Position numbers and translations under genes: made by a program. The notes under the pieces were generated by a model, which was not told the DNA's origin, did no database searches, and worked only from the letters and a program-made list of their open reading frames with translations. A stretch of 64,000 bases of DNA from Azolla caroliniana (taxonomy: Eukaryota > Plantae > Polypodiophyta): positions 15,996,001-16,060,000 of the forward strand of contig JBHGNT010000007.1 in the NCBI GenBank assembly GCA_043228905.1, in the 5' to 3' direction. Shown in pieces: positions 26,439-39,900 of this stretch. The stretch's first letter is position 1. Each line of letters opens with the position of its first letter.

Positions 26439-27935
26439 ACTTGGGCATATGCTTCTCATTCATCATGGCTCGCACTACTTCGAGGATGTGCCGATTTTTG
26501 TGCTCGGCTACTCCGTTTGGTTGTGGAGTGTGTCGGCAAGTGAATTCTCGCCGAATTCCTTCCTTTCGGAGATACGGCGTGAAGTCGTCCGAGAAGTACT
26601 CCTTGCCGCCATCTGATCGAAGGCATCGTACATGATGACTAGTGGCTTTTTCGACTTTGTTTTTAAACCTTTGGAAGTGTCCGAACACTTCGCTCTTTCG
26701 CCGCATCGGAGAGAGCCACGTGTGCCTATTGAAGTCGTCGATGAAGAGCACCTAATATCGGCATCCACCGAATGTAGCCGTCTACGCTGGTCCCCATACG
26801 TCGGAATGGATTACGTCGCGTAGACCTTTGCTCACGTTCCGCTCTTTCAGGAATGGGTGTCGGTGTTGTTTGCCAAATTGGCACGCTTTGCATACACCTT
26901 CAATCTCCTTATCTTTGAATGTCGGGAGTCCGATGACGACTCCTTTCAATTTCATTGCTTTGAGTTTGTTGAGATTGATATGGCTGATTCACTTGTGCCA
27001 TAGCTCTATGTCGGAGTCGGCTTTTGTGCTTTTTGTGAACATGGCAGATTTCATCTCGTGTGAATCGAGAATGAACATCCGGCCCTCTCTTCTTCCGCAC
27101 ACGATGATTCAACCCTCTTTTTCGATGAAGCACCCTTCTTGGTCGAATCGTACTTGCATCCCTTGCTCAACCATTTGGCCGACCGAGACCAAATTCTTTG
27201 TGATGGTGGGAACATGTAAGACATTTTTAATGTATGTTTGCTTACCTCTTTCGCCGAACGGAACATTGCCGATGTGCCGAATCGGGTGCGTAGTGTCATC
27301 TCCAGCTCTCGAAGTTCGAGAAACCATTCTTTATGAGATGTCATATGGTTTGAGGCTCCGGAGTCAACAAACCATACGTCCTCCAGATTGAGGGCACTAG
27401 TTGAGGTAGAGGCCGACATAGAGTTTGCTCTATGTTTCATCATGAACATTCCGCCATGATCTTCATAGTTGGAGTTGTGCCCGTATATTCCGCTATACTC
27501 TTCGTAGTCAGAATTGTGCATGTAATTCGTGAGTTGTCGGCTTGTGGAAGCCGATTCACGCATCTTCTTTCGGCACTCTTCTTCGTGGTGGCCGAGCTTT
27601 CCGCAATATCTGCATTCGGTTGTGTTTTGATGGCTTAGGCCGGAGTGGAAGCTCCCCCTTCTTGCGAAGGTTCCTCATTGGCTTCCGTTTTGCGGCCGAA
27701 ATTGGGAGTTGTTGTCGTAGGTCGGACCTCGTCTGCCTTGTCCTTGGCCGAATCGGCCTCTTGCTCGTCCGCATCCTCTTCCTCCGTTCGAGTGCATGTA
27801 GAGCATGTGGCCTTCCGACTCATTGCTCCTTGTATGCACGTGGTTTTCTTCGACCAATAACATTGATTGGAGCTCGAAGAAGGAGGGAGATTTCTCTTGT
27901 GCTAGAACGATGGTTTGCGTCGATGGCTTAAACGG

Positions 27936-28601
27936 TGTCGTGTTACTACGCGCGTGCGTGGAGAAACGAGGCGGCACCACCGGGGTCTTGGACCGAAGAG
28001 CAGGTGATAGAAGGGGAATGAGAGAGAGAGACGCCCTGTCACGTATGGGTAAGAAACACAGGGGCACGACCCCTCAACACAGAGACACAAGTGTTTGTAG
28101 AAGATGCGAATGGACACAGAGACAGGGAGACACAAGTGTTTGTATATTAACGAGTATCAAATACACAACAGAGCACGCGAGCGGCTACAACCGAGCAGGC
28201 CGGCGAACAGATGCCGATGCCTGCTCGTCTGCGCACGAAAAGGGGGAAAGGGTGGACGTGTTGCCGGAAGCACACGGGCGTTCCTCGAAGCAGCGCGAGC
28301 CTCCCGAAAACCCTGCAGAGAAGAGTGATGGAGAACGAATCTGAGGAGAAGCGTCCGGTTCCGGTCCGACAGCACTTCGTCCTCCTTAATGCACGATCCT
28401 TTCTCCCTGCATCTCCCTCTCCTTTATAGCTTCAAGAAGGGAGTCGTCTCCCTCATTTACTCCCCACCTACCGAATCTAACTACCCGGATATGCCTTTGT
28501 ACTTAATCCCCTAGTATATACATTAAGGGCACGCACACGTGAAGAGCTGGTTCATGCTCGCTATGCACCGATTGTGCCAAGGGACGGTTTTCTTCACGAC
28601 A
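27936..28601 (-). mobile_element. Gypsy-type solo LTR (666 bp) inserted in a chromovirus protease
   Basis: TGTCGTG..CACGACA termini; perfect 4-bp TSD acgg (27932-27935 / 28602-28605); removal restores PIPV*AID of the protease. Confidence 0.85.
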
Positions 28602-30040
28602 ACGGGAATGGGTTTTGAGAGGCCAACGACAGGTGCGCCATGTGCTTGGGCAAACGCAATGTCGATGAAGCAAGAAGATGCCCCAGAATCAAGTAAAGCA
28701 ACAGACTAAATGGAACTAGAGTTAAAATGAAAGCCATACCTCCAATGTGAAATAGCCTGATGGTCTGGCAATGGAACCAAGAGAATGTGGGCGAGGGGAG
28801 ATGTCCAGTTGCATGGCTCCTACTGCAACCGAACGATGTTGTTTTCCGGATGGTGGGGTCCGTTAGCTCGATGGAATTGTGGGTGATTACTCCTAGGACA
28901 ATGGCGAACGACATGACCGGAGGCGCCACAATACATGCACAAGCCATTAGCCCGCCGAAATTGTCATTAGGCATCAGTCAATGGCAAAAATTGGGCTTCA
29001 TCAATTTCCATGGGGACAGGAGCATTTGCCAAAGTCGGGGAGTGTGATGCAGTCGGTGGGGGGGATGGTTGGGGTTGTATGACCGGAGCGTGTCGTGGAA
29101 GTGAATGAGCTGGAACCCAAGTTCGGCGCTCTTCCTGGAGAACTTCGAATAGAGGATTGTCACAATGGACTGCTTGTGAAATCGCTTGGGATAACGAGGT
29201 GGGCTCCGGAAAGTTTAAGAGAAGATTCTTGACATTGCTTCAAAGGCCGCGCCGAAAGTGATAAGCTAAAGCTTGATCATCCCAATTGACGTCGCATGCT
29301 AGTTGTCGAAATTCTGAAGCATAGACCGAAGCTGCACGCGAACCTTGTTCAAGTGCATAAATCTTGTTAAGAGCTGTGCGTCGTTGGTCTGTCTCTCCAA
29401 ATGTGGCCTCTAACTCGGCGAGGAAGGCGGGAAAGTTCTCCAATAGAGGTGAAGAGGTTTCTACCAATGGTGCAAACCAAGCTTGGGCCGGACCGGAGAG
29501 AAGGGTGCCCACAAGGCCGACTTGTCGAAGACCATCTCCATAACATTGAGGTTGTAGCCGAATGATAAGTCAAACTTGGTTGATGAACCCTCGGAAACGC
29601 GACCTCGTTCCATCAAATTTTTCTGGGAGGCTAACCTTAGGCTCAAGAAAATGCGACGAAGCTAGGCTAGATGTTGGTAGAAGATCAGGCTCTAGGCTAG
29701 GTTGTTGTGGGAGACTTGGCTTCGGGGGTTGTGAGGATAGGGAGGCACCAACTTGAAGTTCTTGTAAAGAATTTCGAAGTGCTTCATTTTCAAGCTGGAG
29801 TTGTCGTAAGGCTACCAATATTTGGCCTACCTCACTAGTTGAGTTGGACATAGCTATGGCTTATGAGAGGGAGAGCTATGAGGATGGGAAGGTGAACAAA
29901 CTGTCACGGATAGATCATAAGCTCAAGAGACAAGAAAGAAGATAGACAAATGAATGAGTACTATTAACGAAAAGACACCATAACTAGTGTTGTTCACCTT
30001 TGTGAACGTAAGTGTTTGCGGAAGCGTAAAACAGAGAACA

Positions 30041-30072
<32 letters not shown>

Positions 30073-30299
30073 CAGAACGCAATTTCAAAATTATATCAAA
30101 ACTCTGTATACACACTGTGCTAAGTAGCACTATTTATACAAGTCCTCTTGGGACTGACAGAAGTACCATGTACTTCAATGCTCACACGAGCATCTGACAC
30201 TTACTACGAGACTATAGATACCTAGTAGTCTATCCTATTCTAGGCTTCCGATTGGACTGCCGGTTACGGATTGCACCCGACCTCCATTTCTTGCCGGTT

Positions 30300-33200
30300 C
30301 GGTTGCACACAGGGTTCCTGGCGAGCTGCAAGCTACTCATGTTATCGCAGTAAATCGGGATCGGGGTCGGCACCTCAAGTGGCAATGGTAGCGGCCCGGT
30401 ACTCAGCCTCAGTGCTTGACAAAGCCACTGTGGGCTGCTTCTTGCTGCTCCACGCAACGACCGCGCTACCTATGGAGAACATGTATCCGGAAGTGGAGCG
30501 GCGATCAGACAAGCTCTTCGGGTGTAACCGACAAGCTCTTTGGGTATACCTCGCCAGTATAGCAGACCCCGGTCCTTAGTGCCGCTGACATACCGTAATA
30601 TTCGTTGCGCGCACTGAAGGTGCTCCACGGTCGGCTTTTGCATGAACTGACTTACCATGCCGACCGGATAGCTGATGTCGGGTCGGGTGATGGTTAAGTA
30701 GATCAGGCTTCCGACAACCTGTCAGAACCGTTTCTCATTGCAGGCCAGTCCGGAGTTGGGACGGAGCTTCTGGTTTCGGTCCAGGGGTGTGGAGACAGGT
30801 CGACAATCCGTCATGCTGAATTTATACAGCATATTCAACACGTAATGTCATTGTGAGAGCAATATGCCGTTGGGGTCCGGATCACTTCGATCCCAAGAAA
30901 ATAAGAAGGTCCCCCAGGTCCTTCATTTCGAATGCGTCCGACAACTGGGACTTAACGCGGTTGATTTCGGGAAGACCCGGTCCGGTGATGACTAAATCAT
31001 CCACATACAAGAGTATACATACCGGACCGTCAGAGCCTTGCCGGATGAATAACGAAGAGTCCGACTTAGAGACAGCAAACCCCAGCTTACGCAACCGGTG
31101 CGTGATCTTCGCGTTCCAAGCTCGGGGGGCTTGCTTCAAGCCGTAAAGCGACTTCTTTAGTCGGCAGACTGCCGATGTGTTCATCTCCGATTGAAATCCG
31201 GGGGGCTGAGTCATAAAGACTTCTTCTTCAAGCTCTCCTTGAAGGAAGGCGTTCTTCACATCCATTTGGTGAAGATGCCACCCCCTTGCCGCAGCAACCG
31301 CCAGTACCACACGAACCGTCGTCATCCTCGCCACAGGAGCGAAGGTCTCGTCGTAGTCGATTCCGTGGGTTTGCGCGATCGCTTCACCACTAACCGGGCT
31401 TTGTACCTGTTAACAGAACCGTCAGCGTTGTACTTGACCTTGTACACCCACTTGCATCCGATCGGTTTACAGTGACGGTGTCGTAGTGTAGGTTGCACAC
31501 TATGTGGAAATGACTCACGCAACGATCCGGAGCTGAAAGGCACGACAACGGGGAGGATCAACTAGGTCCCAAGTTTCGTTGGCATCGAGTGCCCGCATTT
31601 CTTCGTCCATAGCGGTACGCCAATTTGCGTCCTTTGCCGCTTCTGCGTAGCTCTCCGGCTCACGCACTTCTGTTACCTTAGTCATCTACGCATAATGATG
31701 CGCCATGTATTCATTGTACCTGTACCGCATGATGGGATCCTTTTGGTGGGTTGATCGGCGCAACGCACCATCACTTGATTTGAGGCCTTTCATCCGACTG
31801 GTCCAACCGACTCAGTCGCTCGTTCGGTCCACTCAACCGTAACGATTCTGGACTCTCACCTTGAGTCCCGGCTTCATCATCCTCTGCCAGAGCTAATTCA
31901 GGCTCACTGGCCTGATCTTCCGGCATTGGGTCGGGATCGGAAGTCGGAGTCGGTACGGAGTACCAAGATGCCGATTCATCGAACTCGACATCCCGGCTAA
32001 CTCGGACTTCCTTCGTCCGGGGGTTATAGCACTTATACCCCTTTTGCTCTTGAGCATAACCGACTAGGATGCATTTTTCCGATTTTGCATCCAGCTTTCT
32101 CCGCTTCTGATCCGACACATGCACGTACGCTATGCTGCCGAATATCCGAAGGTGTCTTAAGTTCGGCTTGCGCCCAAAATACAGCTCATGACCTAACACC
32201 TTGTCACCAATGCGGTTTTGTATGTAGACGGCCGTCTGGACCGCCTCCGCCCAGTAGAACCGGGGCATGCTCTTCTCCTCCAGCATTGTCCTTGCCGCTT
32301 CAATGAGTGTCCGGTTCTTCCATTCGGCCACACCATTTTGCTCGGGTGTGTATCTGCAGCTGAACTCTTGCCGAATTCCCTTCTGCTGCAGATAACTAGT
32401 GAATTGGCCGGAAAAATATTCCTTTCCGCCATCCGACCGAAGGCATTTGATCTTCCTCTCTGATTCCCGTTCCACCATCTTTTGGAGACTCCGGAAACAG
32501 TCGAAGACTTCGCTCTTCCGTTCAATGAGGTAGATCCAAGTATGTCGAGTATGGTCGTCGATGAAGGAGACGAAGTACCGACTCTCGCCAAGGCTTACAC
32601 TTTGTGCCGGTCCCCACACATCCGAATGGATGAGATCGAGCTTGTTACGGCTCCGGTTCCGTTCGGTGGGGAATGGAAGCCGGTGTTGCTTCCCAAGTTG
32701 GCAGGCTTCACAAATTTCGGCTCTTCGGCCACTGAACTTCGGTAAACCGAAAACGACTTGTTTCGTTTGCAGGTCTTGAAGCCTCCGGTAGTTGATGTGG
32801 CCTATCCGCTTGTGCCACAGGTCGATGTCCGACTCGACCTTCTGTCGTTCCGCAAACAGAGCGGTGCCTAAGTCATTGGTGTCGAGGATAAACATTCTCC
32901 CGTCTCTGCGCCCTTGCGCAATGACTTCACCCTCATCCTCAATGAAGCACCCGAGGTGCGTAAACCACACCTGCATCCCCTGGTCGACAATCTGACCGAC
33001 GGACACCAGGTTCTTCGTGATTGTCGGAACGTGTAATACGTTCATCAGCTTCCCTTTCTGTCCGACGTGGCTTAGAGGGACTTCTCCGACGTGCACGATT
33101 GGGTGAGGAGTGTCGTCTCCGGTTTCGACTACTCCTGGTTTATCCGGTTTCTCCAGAAAGGAGAACCACTCTTTGTGGCTCGTCATGTGGTTCGATGCGC

Positions 33201-34143
33201 CGGAATCAACATACCACACTTCCTCCGTTTCGGAAGTGGTCTTCTTCATTGAGTTTGCCTTGTGATTCATCACCAAGGCTAGCCCCTTACCGGCCTTTCC
33301 GGTTCCAGATCCTTCTGATCCGTTTGCGTAGTGCGAGTTTTGTCGGCCATCCTTACTGGTCTTGCCGGATCCGGATTTGTCCGAATCGGCACGCTTTCTC
33401 CAGCACTCGCTTTTCCTGTGGCCTTTTTTGCCACAGTACCAACATTCCGTAGCGGATTTGTCTTGCCAACCACCTCCATTGCGTGCCGACCCACCTCTTC
33501 CACCACGCCCACGGAACCGATCCGTTCCCGTGTACAGCATTCGGCTGTCCAGGGATGCACTGGTAGATGCACCGACGTGGTTCTCCTCTACAAGGAGCAT
33601 CGACTGTAAGTCGAAGAATGAGGGGGTATTCTCCCTTGTACACACCGTAGTCCGGAACGCTCCGAACTTGGACGCCAGGCCTCCGAGACATACCTGCACC
33701 ATCTCGTCTTCCTCTATGGTAACATTGATAGAGGCTAGCGAGTCGCAGATCTCCTTTATACGGCCCGTGTAGTCTGCCATGGACATGTTCTTCTGTCAAA
33801 CATTGCTCAACTCCTGTCTGAGTTGCAGCTTCCGGGCAGTGGTGCTTGCGGCGAAAACCTTTTTCAGGTTCCCCCAAGCATCCTTCGGTGTCTTGGCGTC
33901 ACGGATGTGGCTGAGCAGCTGATCGCTGACACTGGACGCGAAGCAATACATCACCTTGCTTGCCGCCTGTTCCCATACCGGGAAGTCCTTGTGTGCTGAG
34001 TCTAGCGCCGCATCATTCGCTCCTTCGACATAACTCCAGTACCCGTGTCCAAGCAGGTACTGGTGCATCTTGTAAGACCAGGATGCGTAGTTGCTCCTGT
34101 CGAGCTTCTCCACCGGGAGCGACGTAGCCATGCCTCTATCCAT
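30300..34143 (-). pseudogene. Copia gag-pol (671-aa open gag-PR-INT segment 31771-33786; disrupted RT/RH)
   Basis: CWYCGKKGHRKSEC; WYVDSGASNHMT; LIHSDVWGP; LRSDGGKEY; LYVDDL. Confidence 0.93.
31479..31547 (+). mobile_element. 69-bp miniature solo LTR of the 6560-10788 gypsy family
   Basis: Left end resembles tgtcatagtgtgaatcacacactacgtgaaat; right end matches tcacgcaacgatcc.gagc.gaaaggcacgaca; perfect TSD acgg; removal restores [14 protein letters not shown]. Confidence 0.88.
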
Positions 34144-34277
34144 GTCTTCTACTGTGTCTGTTCTCGACCTGTTAGGGTTTTCTTCTCAAGAGTAAATGTC
34201 TGCAGCAGAGGTTGTCAACCGTCGTGCTCTGATACCATGTGAACGTAAGTGTTTGCGGAAGCGTAAAAGAGAGAACA

Positions 34278-34382
<105 letters not shown>

Positions 34383-34959
34383 ATAACGCAATTTCAAAAT
34401 TATATCAAAACTCTGTATACACACTGTGCTAAGTAGCACTATTTATACAAGTCATCTTGGGACTGACAGAAGTACCATGTACTTCAATGCTCACACGAGC
34501 ATCTGACACTTACGACGAGACTATAGATACCTAGTAGTCTATCCTATTCTAGGCTTCCGATTGGACTGCCGGTTATGGATTGCACCCGGCCTCCACTGCT
34601 TGCCGGTCACCGTCATACCGATCCGTTTCGCCCGATCCGTCTCGCTTACCGGCTCCGGCTTATTCAGCCAATCCGGCTCCGGTTGAGCTTGCCGCTCAAC
34701 AACCTTGAATTACTTCAAGGTGAACTCCTTTATTTATACTACATGGCATGCAGACTTGTTGCACACATGTGAATCTACAATAGAGCATGTAGGTATGCAT
34801 GCATGTGCCAAGTGTAAATATTACAAGGGAGCAACTATGCACATGATGCTAGCAAAACAATAAGGACCAATTACATACATAAGTGTGTACTAGATATATT
34901 GGTTAACCCATGATACTATATTATAACATGGTCGTGTCAAGAGTTTGAATCTTGACAAT

Positions 34960-35297
34960 ACTACGCAAAGCACACTATGGAGTCAACGGAGGACACTACG
35001 TTGAAGACATGACGACCCAGAAGATATGGTGGACCGGATTTTGGTTGTCGACCACCCTCAAGGATTCGGTACAATATTGTAAGGAATGTGATTTATGTCA
35101 ACGTATGGGGCAGCCAACGAAACATGTGTAAATGCGACATCAACCAGTACTTCCGTTGCAACCATTCCAGAAATGGGGGTCAGATTTCGTCGGACCATTC
35201 AAGCCACCGACAATGCAACGGAAACTGATATATCATCGTAGCAACAGACTATTGCACAAAGTGGGTGGAGGCGAAGGCGCTCCAGGACAACACCACA
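34960..35297 (+). pseudogene. Athila-like gypsy integrase fragment
   Basis: GGHY..KIW..VQYCKECDLCQR..PFQKWG.DFVGPF..DYCTKWVEAKAL; homologous to 57880-58200. Confidence 0.8.
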
Positions 35298-35600
35298 TGT
35301 GAAAGTGAGTAGCGACTCTCGATGTTCAAGAACTTTACAAATGAATGTTACAATCTAGAGTGCACATTGTGGTTGTGCGAGAAATTCGTGCAAGGATTGG
35401 GCTTGGTCGAAGATATGTGGAAAGCATGTTCAAATATGACCAAAGGCAAAGCATTGTATTAAAGTGTTATAAGTTAAGACTCTTAAACTTGTTTAGGGCA
35501 AAGTGTGCATAGCCAACCACTCCCATCACTTGTGCTCCAAATGCCCCGTCTCACATCACAATGCATGTGAGTTAAGTCACATGGAAGTAATCGTTCGAAT

Positions 35601-36197
35601 TAGGAATGGGACCGATTTCGGCTGAAACCAAACCAAACCGTTAAAAATGATTTAACGGTTTATCAGTTCCAAATTTTTTTAATGGTTTGGTTTGGTTCAG
35701 GTTATAAATAAATGGTTCAATTTAGTTTGGCTTAAAGGTTTATGGTGTTTTGGTGAACCTTTTTTCCCCCTTAATGGTTTAATTAATGTCTTTTTATTGA
35801 TTTAATTAATGCTTATTTAATTTAATGGTTTCGTTAATGTTTTTTTACTAATTTAATTAATGCTTATTGAATTTAATGATTTAATTAATGTTTTTTTATT
35901 GATTTAAGAAATCTAACTTAAATGTTTAGTTAATTTCATGTATTTTTGTTTATTTGGTTTTTTAAATAGTTTAACTTAAGTGGTTAATTTTTTATTACAT
36001 GGTTTGGTTTGGTTTTAACTTTTCCCTAAAAAGTTTGGGTTTACATGGTTTGGTTTACCTTTTCTTAAATGGTTTGGTTTAAATAGCTTGAGATTTCCTA
36101 AACCGTTTGGTTTGGTTTTTGTTTTATATAAATGGTTTGGTTCGATTTCAAGGCAAAGAAATCGAACTGAACCAATACCAAACCAGGCCCATTGCTA
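35601..36197. mobile_element. hAT-type MITE
   Basis: TIRs taggaatggg / cccattgcta; 8-bp TSD gttcgaat/cttcgaat; many subterminal GGTTT/AAACC motifs; AT-rich core. Confidence 0.8.
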
Positions 36198-36495
36198 CTT
36201 CGAATGGCAGATAACGGGATAGGCTCTAACTCGTATTAATGTGTACAGTTCCCCCGTTTCGCAAAGAATTGTTTTGTAATTAGGTGCAACATTTGTAGTA
36301 AAATGTGTGAAGCGTGAGCCTCTACATTTCTCCCACGTCATGATACACTAGTATTGCAAAAAGGCCTCATTTGCAAAGGAATATAGTGATGCATCATGAA
36401 GCAACTACCTTGCATCCCATCTACCAAACCATTTTTCCATATCTTGCATCCAACCGGAACACAAAATTTTGCTTTTTATGGATCTTTTATGCATC

Positions 36496-36822
36496 CAAAG
36501 TTTCTACGAGTTAAGAAACAAATGCCTTACACCCTCCTCCTCCTTGAGACGGGATCACTTCCCATTGAGATCATGAGAATGGAAATGGTTGTTGATTACA
36601 TGCTGAAGGTTCAAAAAAGTCCCTCACATCAACTTCCTAGATTTGCATGGATCTTTTTGCTTTCTTCCCATGCAAATCTAGGAAGTTGATGTGAGGGACT
36701 TTTTTGAACCTTCAGCATGTAATCAACAACCATTTCCATGGTCATGATCTCAATGGGAAGTCATCTCGTCTGAAGGAGGAGGAGGGTGTAAGGCATTTGT
36801 TTCATAACTCGTAGAAACTTTG
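36496..36822. repeat. Long inverted repeat (~155-bp arms, 17-nt loop) made from a probable LINE ORF2 fragment
   Basis: 36496-36650 is the near-perfect reverse complement of 36668-36822; the arm encodes RVKKQMPYTLLLLETGSLPIE. Confidence 0.92.
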
Positions 36823-36959
36823 TGAGAAATGTTTTCGACCCCATAGAGAAGCAAAAGATATTCTTGAAGACCCAACACTTAATATCTCCATGATCGCATG
36901 TGTTCTTAAATGCATAGTATGCTCACTAAGCAGCATGTAGCACATTGATTCCATCTTGA

Positions 36960-39900
36960 TGTCAGAACCAAGAGAAAAGATAGAGTGTAAAGAGATCACA
37001 ACAAGAGAAGAATGAAGTGATAAGAGAAGAATGAATGTATTAATAAGATAGAATGAAGATGGATACAAGATAGGCGACGGAAGCTTAAGACTAGTGTTGA
37101 TTCGAATTCGTTTGAGAAGAATTATATGTCTATATTTATAGGTTCCTATAGCCTAGTGATTTCTATAATGTTCTAGACCTAGAATATTCTAAGACGTTCT
37201 AGGATATTCTAGAATGTTCTTGACCTAGAATATTCTAAGATGTTCTAAGATATTCTAGAATGTTCTAGAATGTTCCAGAACATTTACAATAGTCAGTCTA
37301 TTACAAGAAAGGTCTTGGGTTCAAGCCCAAGTGAAGCCATGATGTTTGTATATTCATGATGCTTATGTATTAATGACACTATCTCCCCCTCGAGAACGAC
37401 GAGTGGAAGTCGTCGTTAACAATGTAGGGCCCAGTTTGTTTGGATAACGACGATGGAAGTCTTTGACAAGAGCTTGAGCATTAGAAACATTATTGACGGG
37501 TTCCCAAGTGCGATCACTCGGAGGATAGCCTACCCAATCAACCAGATAATAGAGCCTATTTCACACAATCTTTGAATCGAGAATAGTAGCTACCTCGTAT
37601 TCAGGGCCATCAACAAGTTGGACAGAGGGCGGAGGTGGCACAACACGATGAGCAATGGAAGAGGTGTGACAAGGCTCCAAAAGAGAGCTATGACAGACTG
37701 GGAGATTAAGACGAAATGTGGCATCGTTAATACACGCAGTGAGAAGAAAAGGACCTAAGTGCTGATAATCGAGCTTCTCACATGGCCGGGTAGTCTTTGA
37801 TGTGATGACGAAGCAACCATACTTGGTCACCAACCTTGGAAGGAGACTTAAGACGATGACGATCAACGTTGGTCTTATGTTGTGCTTGAGCTATCTGAAG
37901 ATGTGAAGATAACGCTAACTAAATTCGATGTAGTCAATGAAGATGATGCTCAACGCTAGGGTTTCAAGCGACCTTGGGAAGATCCAAGATACACCATCGA
38001 GGATGGTTGCCAGTGTACGCAAAGAAAGGTGTAACCTTGGTAGAAGTGTGTATTGTGTTATTGTATGCAAACTCAATGAGATGTAGAATATTACTCCAAT
38101 CATCTTGTTGATAATTGATGAAGGATTGAAGATATTGCTCGCGCGTTTGATTCGTGCGCTCTATTTGTTCGTCGGTTTGAGGATGATAAGCTGAAGAGAG
38201 TTTGCAGGATATTTTGAGGCCTGCCCATAGGTGCTTCCAAAAGTGAGAGATAAATTGAGGACCACGATCAATAATTATATCATCTGGAAGACCGTGATGG
38301 CGAAATATTTCACACATAACGATATTTGCGGTTTCCTAACTACTGATGCTCTTTACACATGGTAAAAAATGTGCCATCTTGGTAAACTGATCCACTACTG
38401 TTAAAATAGTATCAAATCCTTGTGAAGGTGGCAGATCTGTAATGAAATCCATAGAAATAGACTGCCATGGCTTGGTTGGAGGCTGTAACGATGGTAACAA
38501 GCCATAAGGATGATGCTTGGGGTATTTTGGCTCGACAACAGGTGTCACATGTACGAACATAATCTTCGACATAATTTTGCAAATGAGGCCAGCAAAACAA
38601 GCGCTTCACCAACTCCATGGTCTTGGCAATACCAAAATGTCCAGCCATAGGGGCATCATGACAATGCTCTAATACTTGAAGGCGAGGTGATCCATCAGGG
38701 ACGTAAAGGAGATTCTTGTAAAAGAGTAAGCCATCTTGCCACTTGAATTCCTGATAATGTTAACTCAGAGAAGAACCTGGCATTGTGGAGCAAGATGCAT
38801 GGCTTGGACTAATGTGGGCTGAGACATCCTTAGCGAAATCATCAGAGGGAAGTTGTTGCTGAATAGTATCAACAAGGAGTGAATCCAGCGGCATGGCATA
38901 AATTGTTGTTACTTGTAGCTTTGATGGGCCTAGTAGAATTTGCTTTTGGTTGTCGAAGGCCGGATCTCTAGGTCAGGGTGCGAGATATGAATGTCGAGAT
39001 AGAGCATTTGGCTTCCCTTGTTGTTTCCCAGGGCGGAAAAAGATCTTGAAATCAAAACGAGTTAGAAATTGTGCCCACCGAGCTTGTCTCCTATTTAACA
39101 CTCGAGCCGTTTGAAAATACGTAAGATTTTTGTGATCACTATAAATGATGATTTGATGAGGCAATCCTTCCAAGAAATGTCACCATTGCTCAAAAGAGTT
39201 AACCACAACTAGTAACTCCTTGTCATGCACCTCATAGTTTATCTCCGCAACAGTAAATTTTCTCGAGTGAAATGCGACTAGATGGGACTGCCCGTCCTTG
39301 CCTGGTTGGGATAGGATACTCCCTAATGCAAAGTCTGACGCATCCGCTTCAATGGTAAATCGCTTTTCGGGATCAATATTTGCTAATATAGGAGCTGATG
39401 TGAACACCTCTTTGAGTTGAGTAAAGGTTGTGTCCGCTTCAATAGTCCAAACAAACGCGTGATTCTTCTTGGTGAGTTGGGTGAGAGGCAACACGATCTT
39501 TGAATAATTCCGTATGAATTTGCGATATAACTTTGCAAATCCGAGGAAGCATTGGACGTCTCGAATAGAACGTGGGGGTCACCATTCCAATATTGTTTTG
39601 ACTTTTGTTGGATCCATGAAGATACCCTTGGATGAAATAGTATAACCCAAGAATTCGACTTGTTCGCTGTCAAAACTGCACTTCTCAAGTTTAGCATATA
39701 GACTATACTTTCTTAAGCGTTTAAGTACTTTCCGGACATGTATATCATGCTCCTCCTGTGTTTTAAAGTAAATGAATGGATCATCTAAATAGATTATAAG
39801 AAAGATATCCAGAAAATCCCAGAAAATGTCATTTGCCATATGTTGGAAAACTGTGGGTGCATTTGTGAGCCCAAAGGCATGACTGTATACTCGAAATGAC

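Larger units (their letters stand above)
18902..27900 (-). mobile_element. Ty1/copia element (partial gag, PR, INT, RT; RNase H deleted; no 5' LTR), host of the nested copia 21105-26438
   Basis: RT ORF 19474-20313 (YVDDL); integrase halves 20801-21104 and 26439-26830 rejoin across the TSD; WFVDSGASNHMT at ~27350. Confidence 0.85.
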
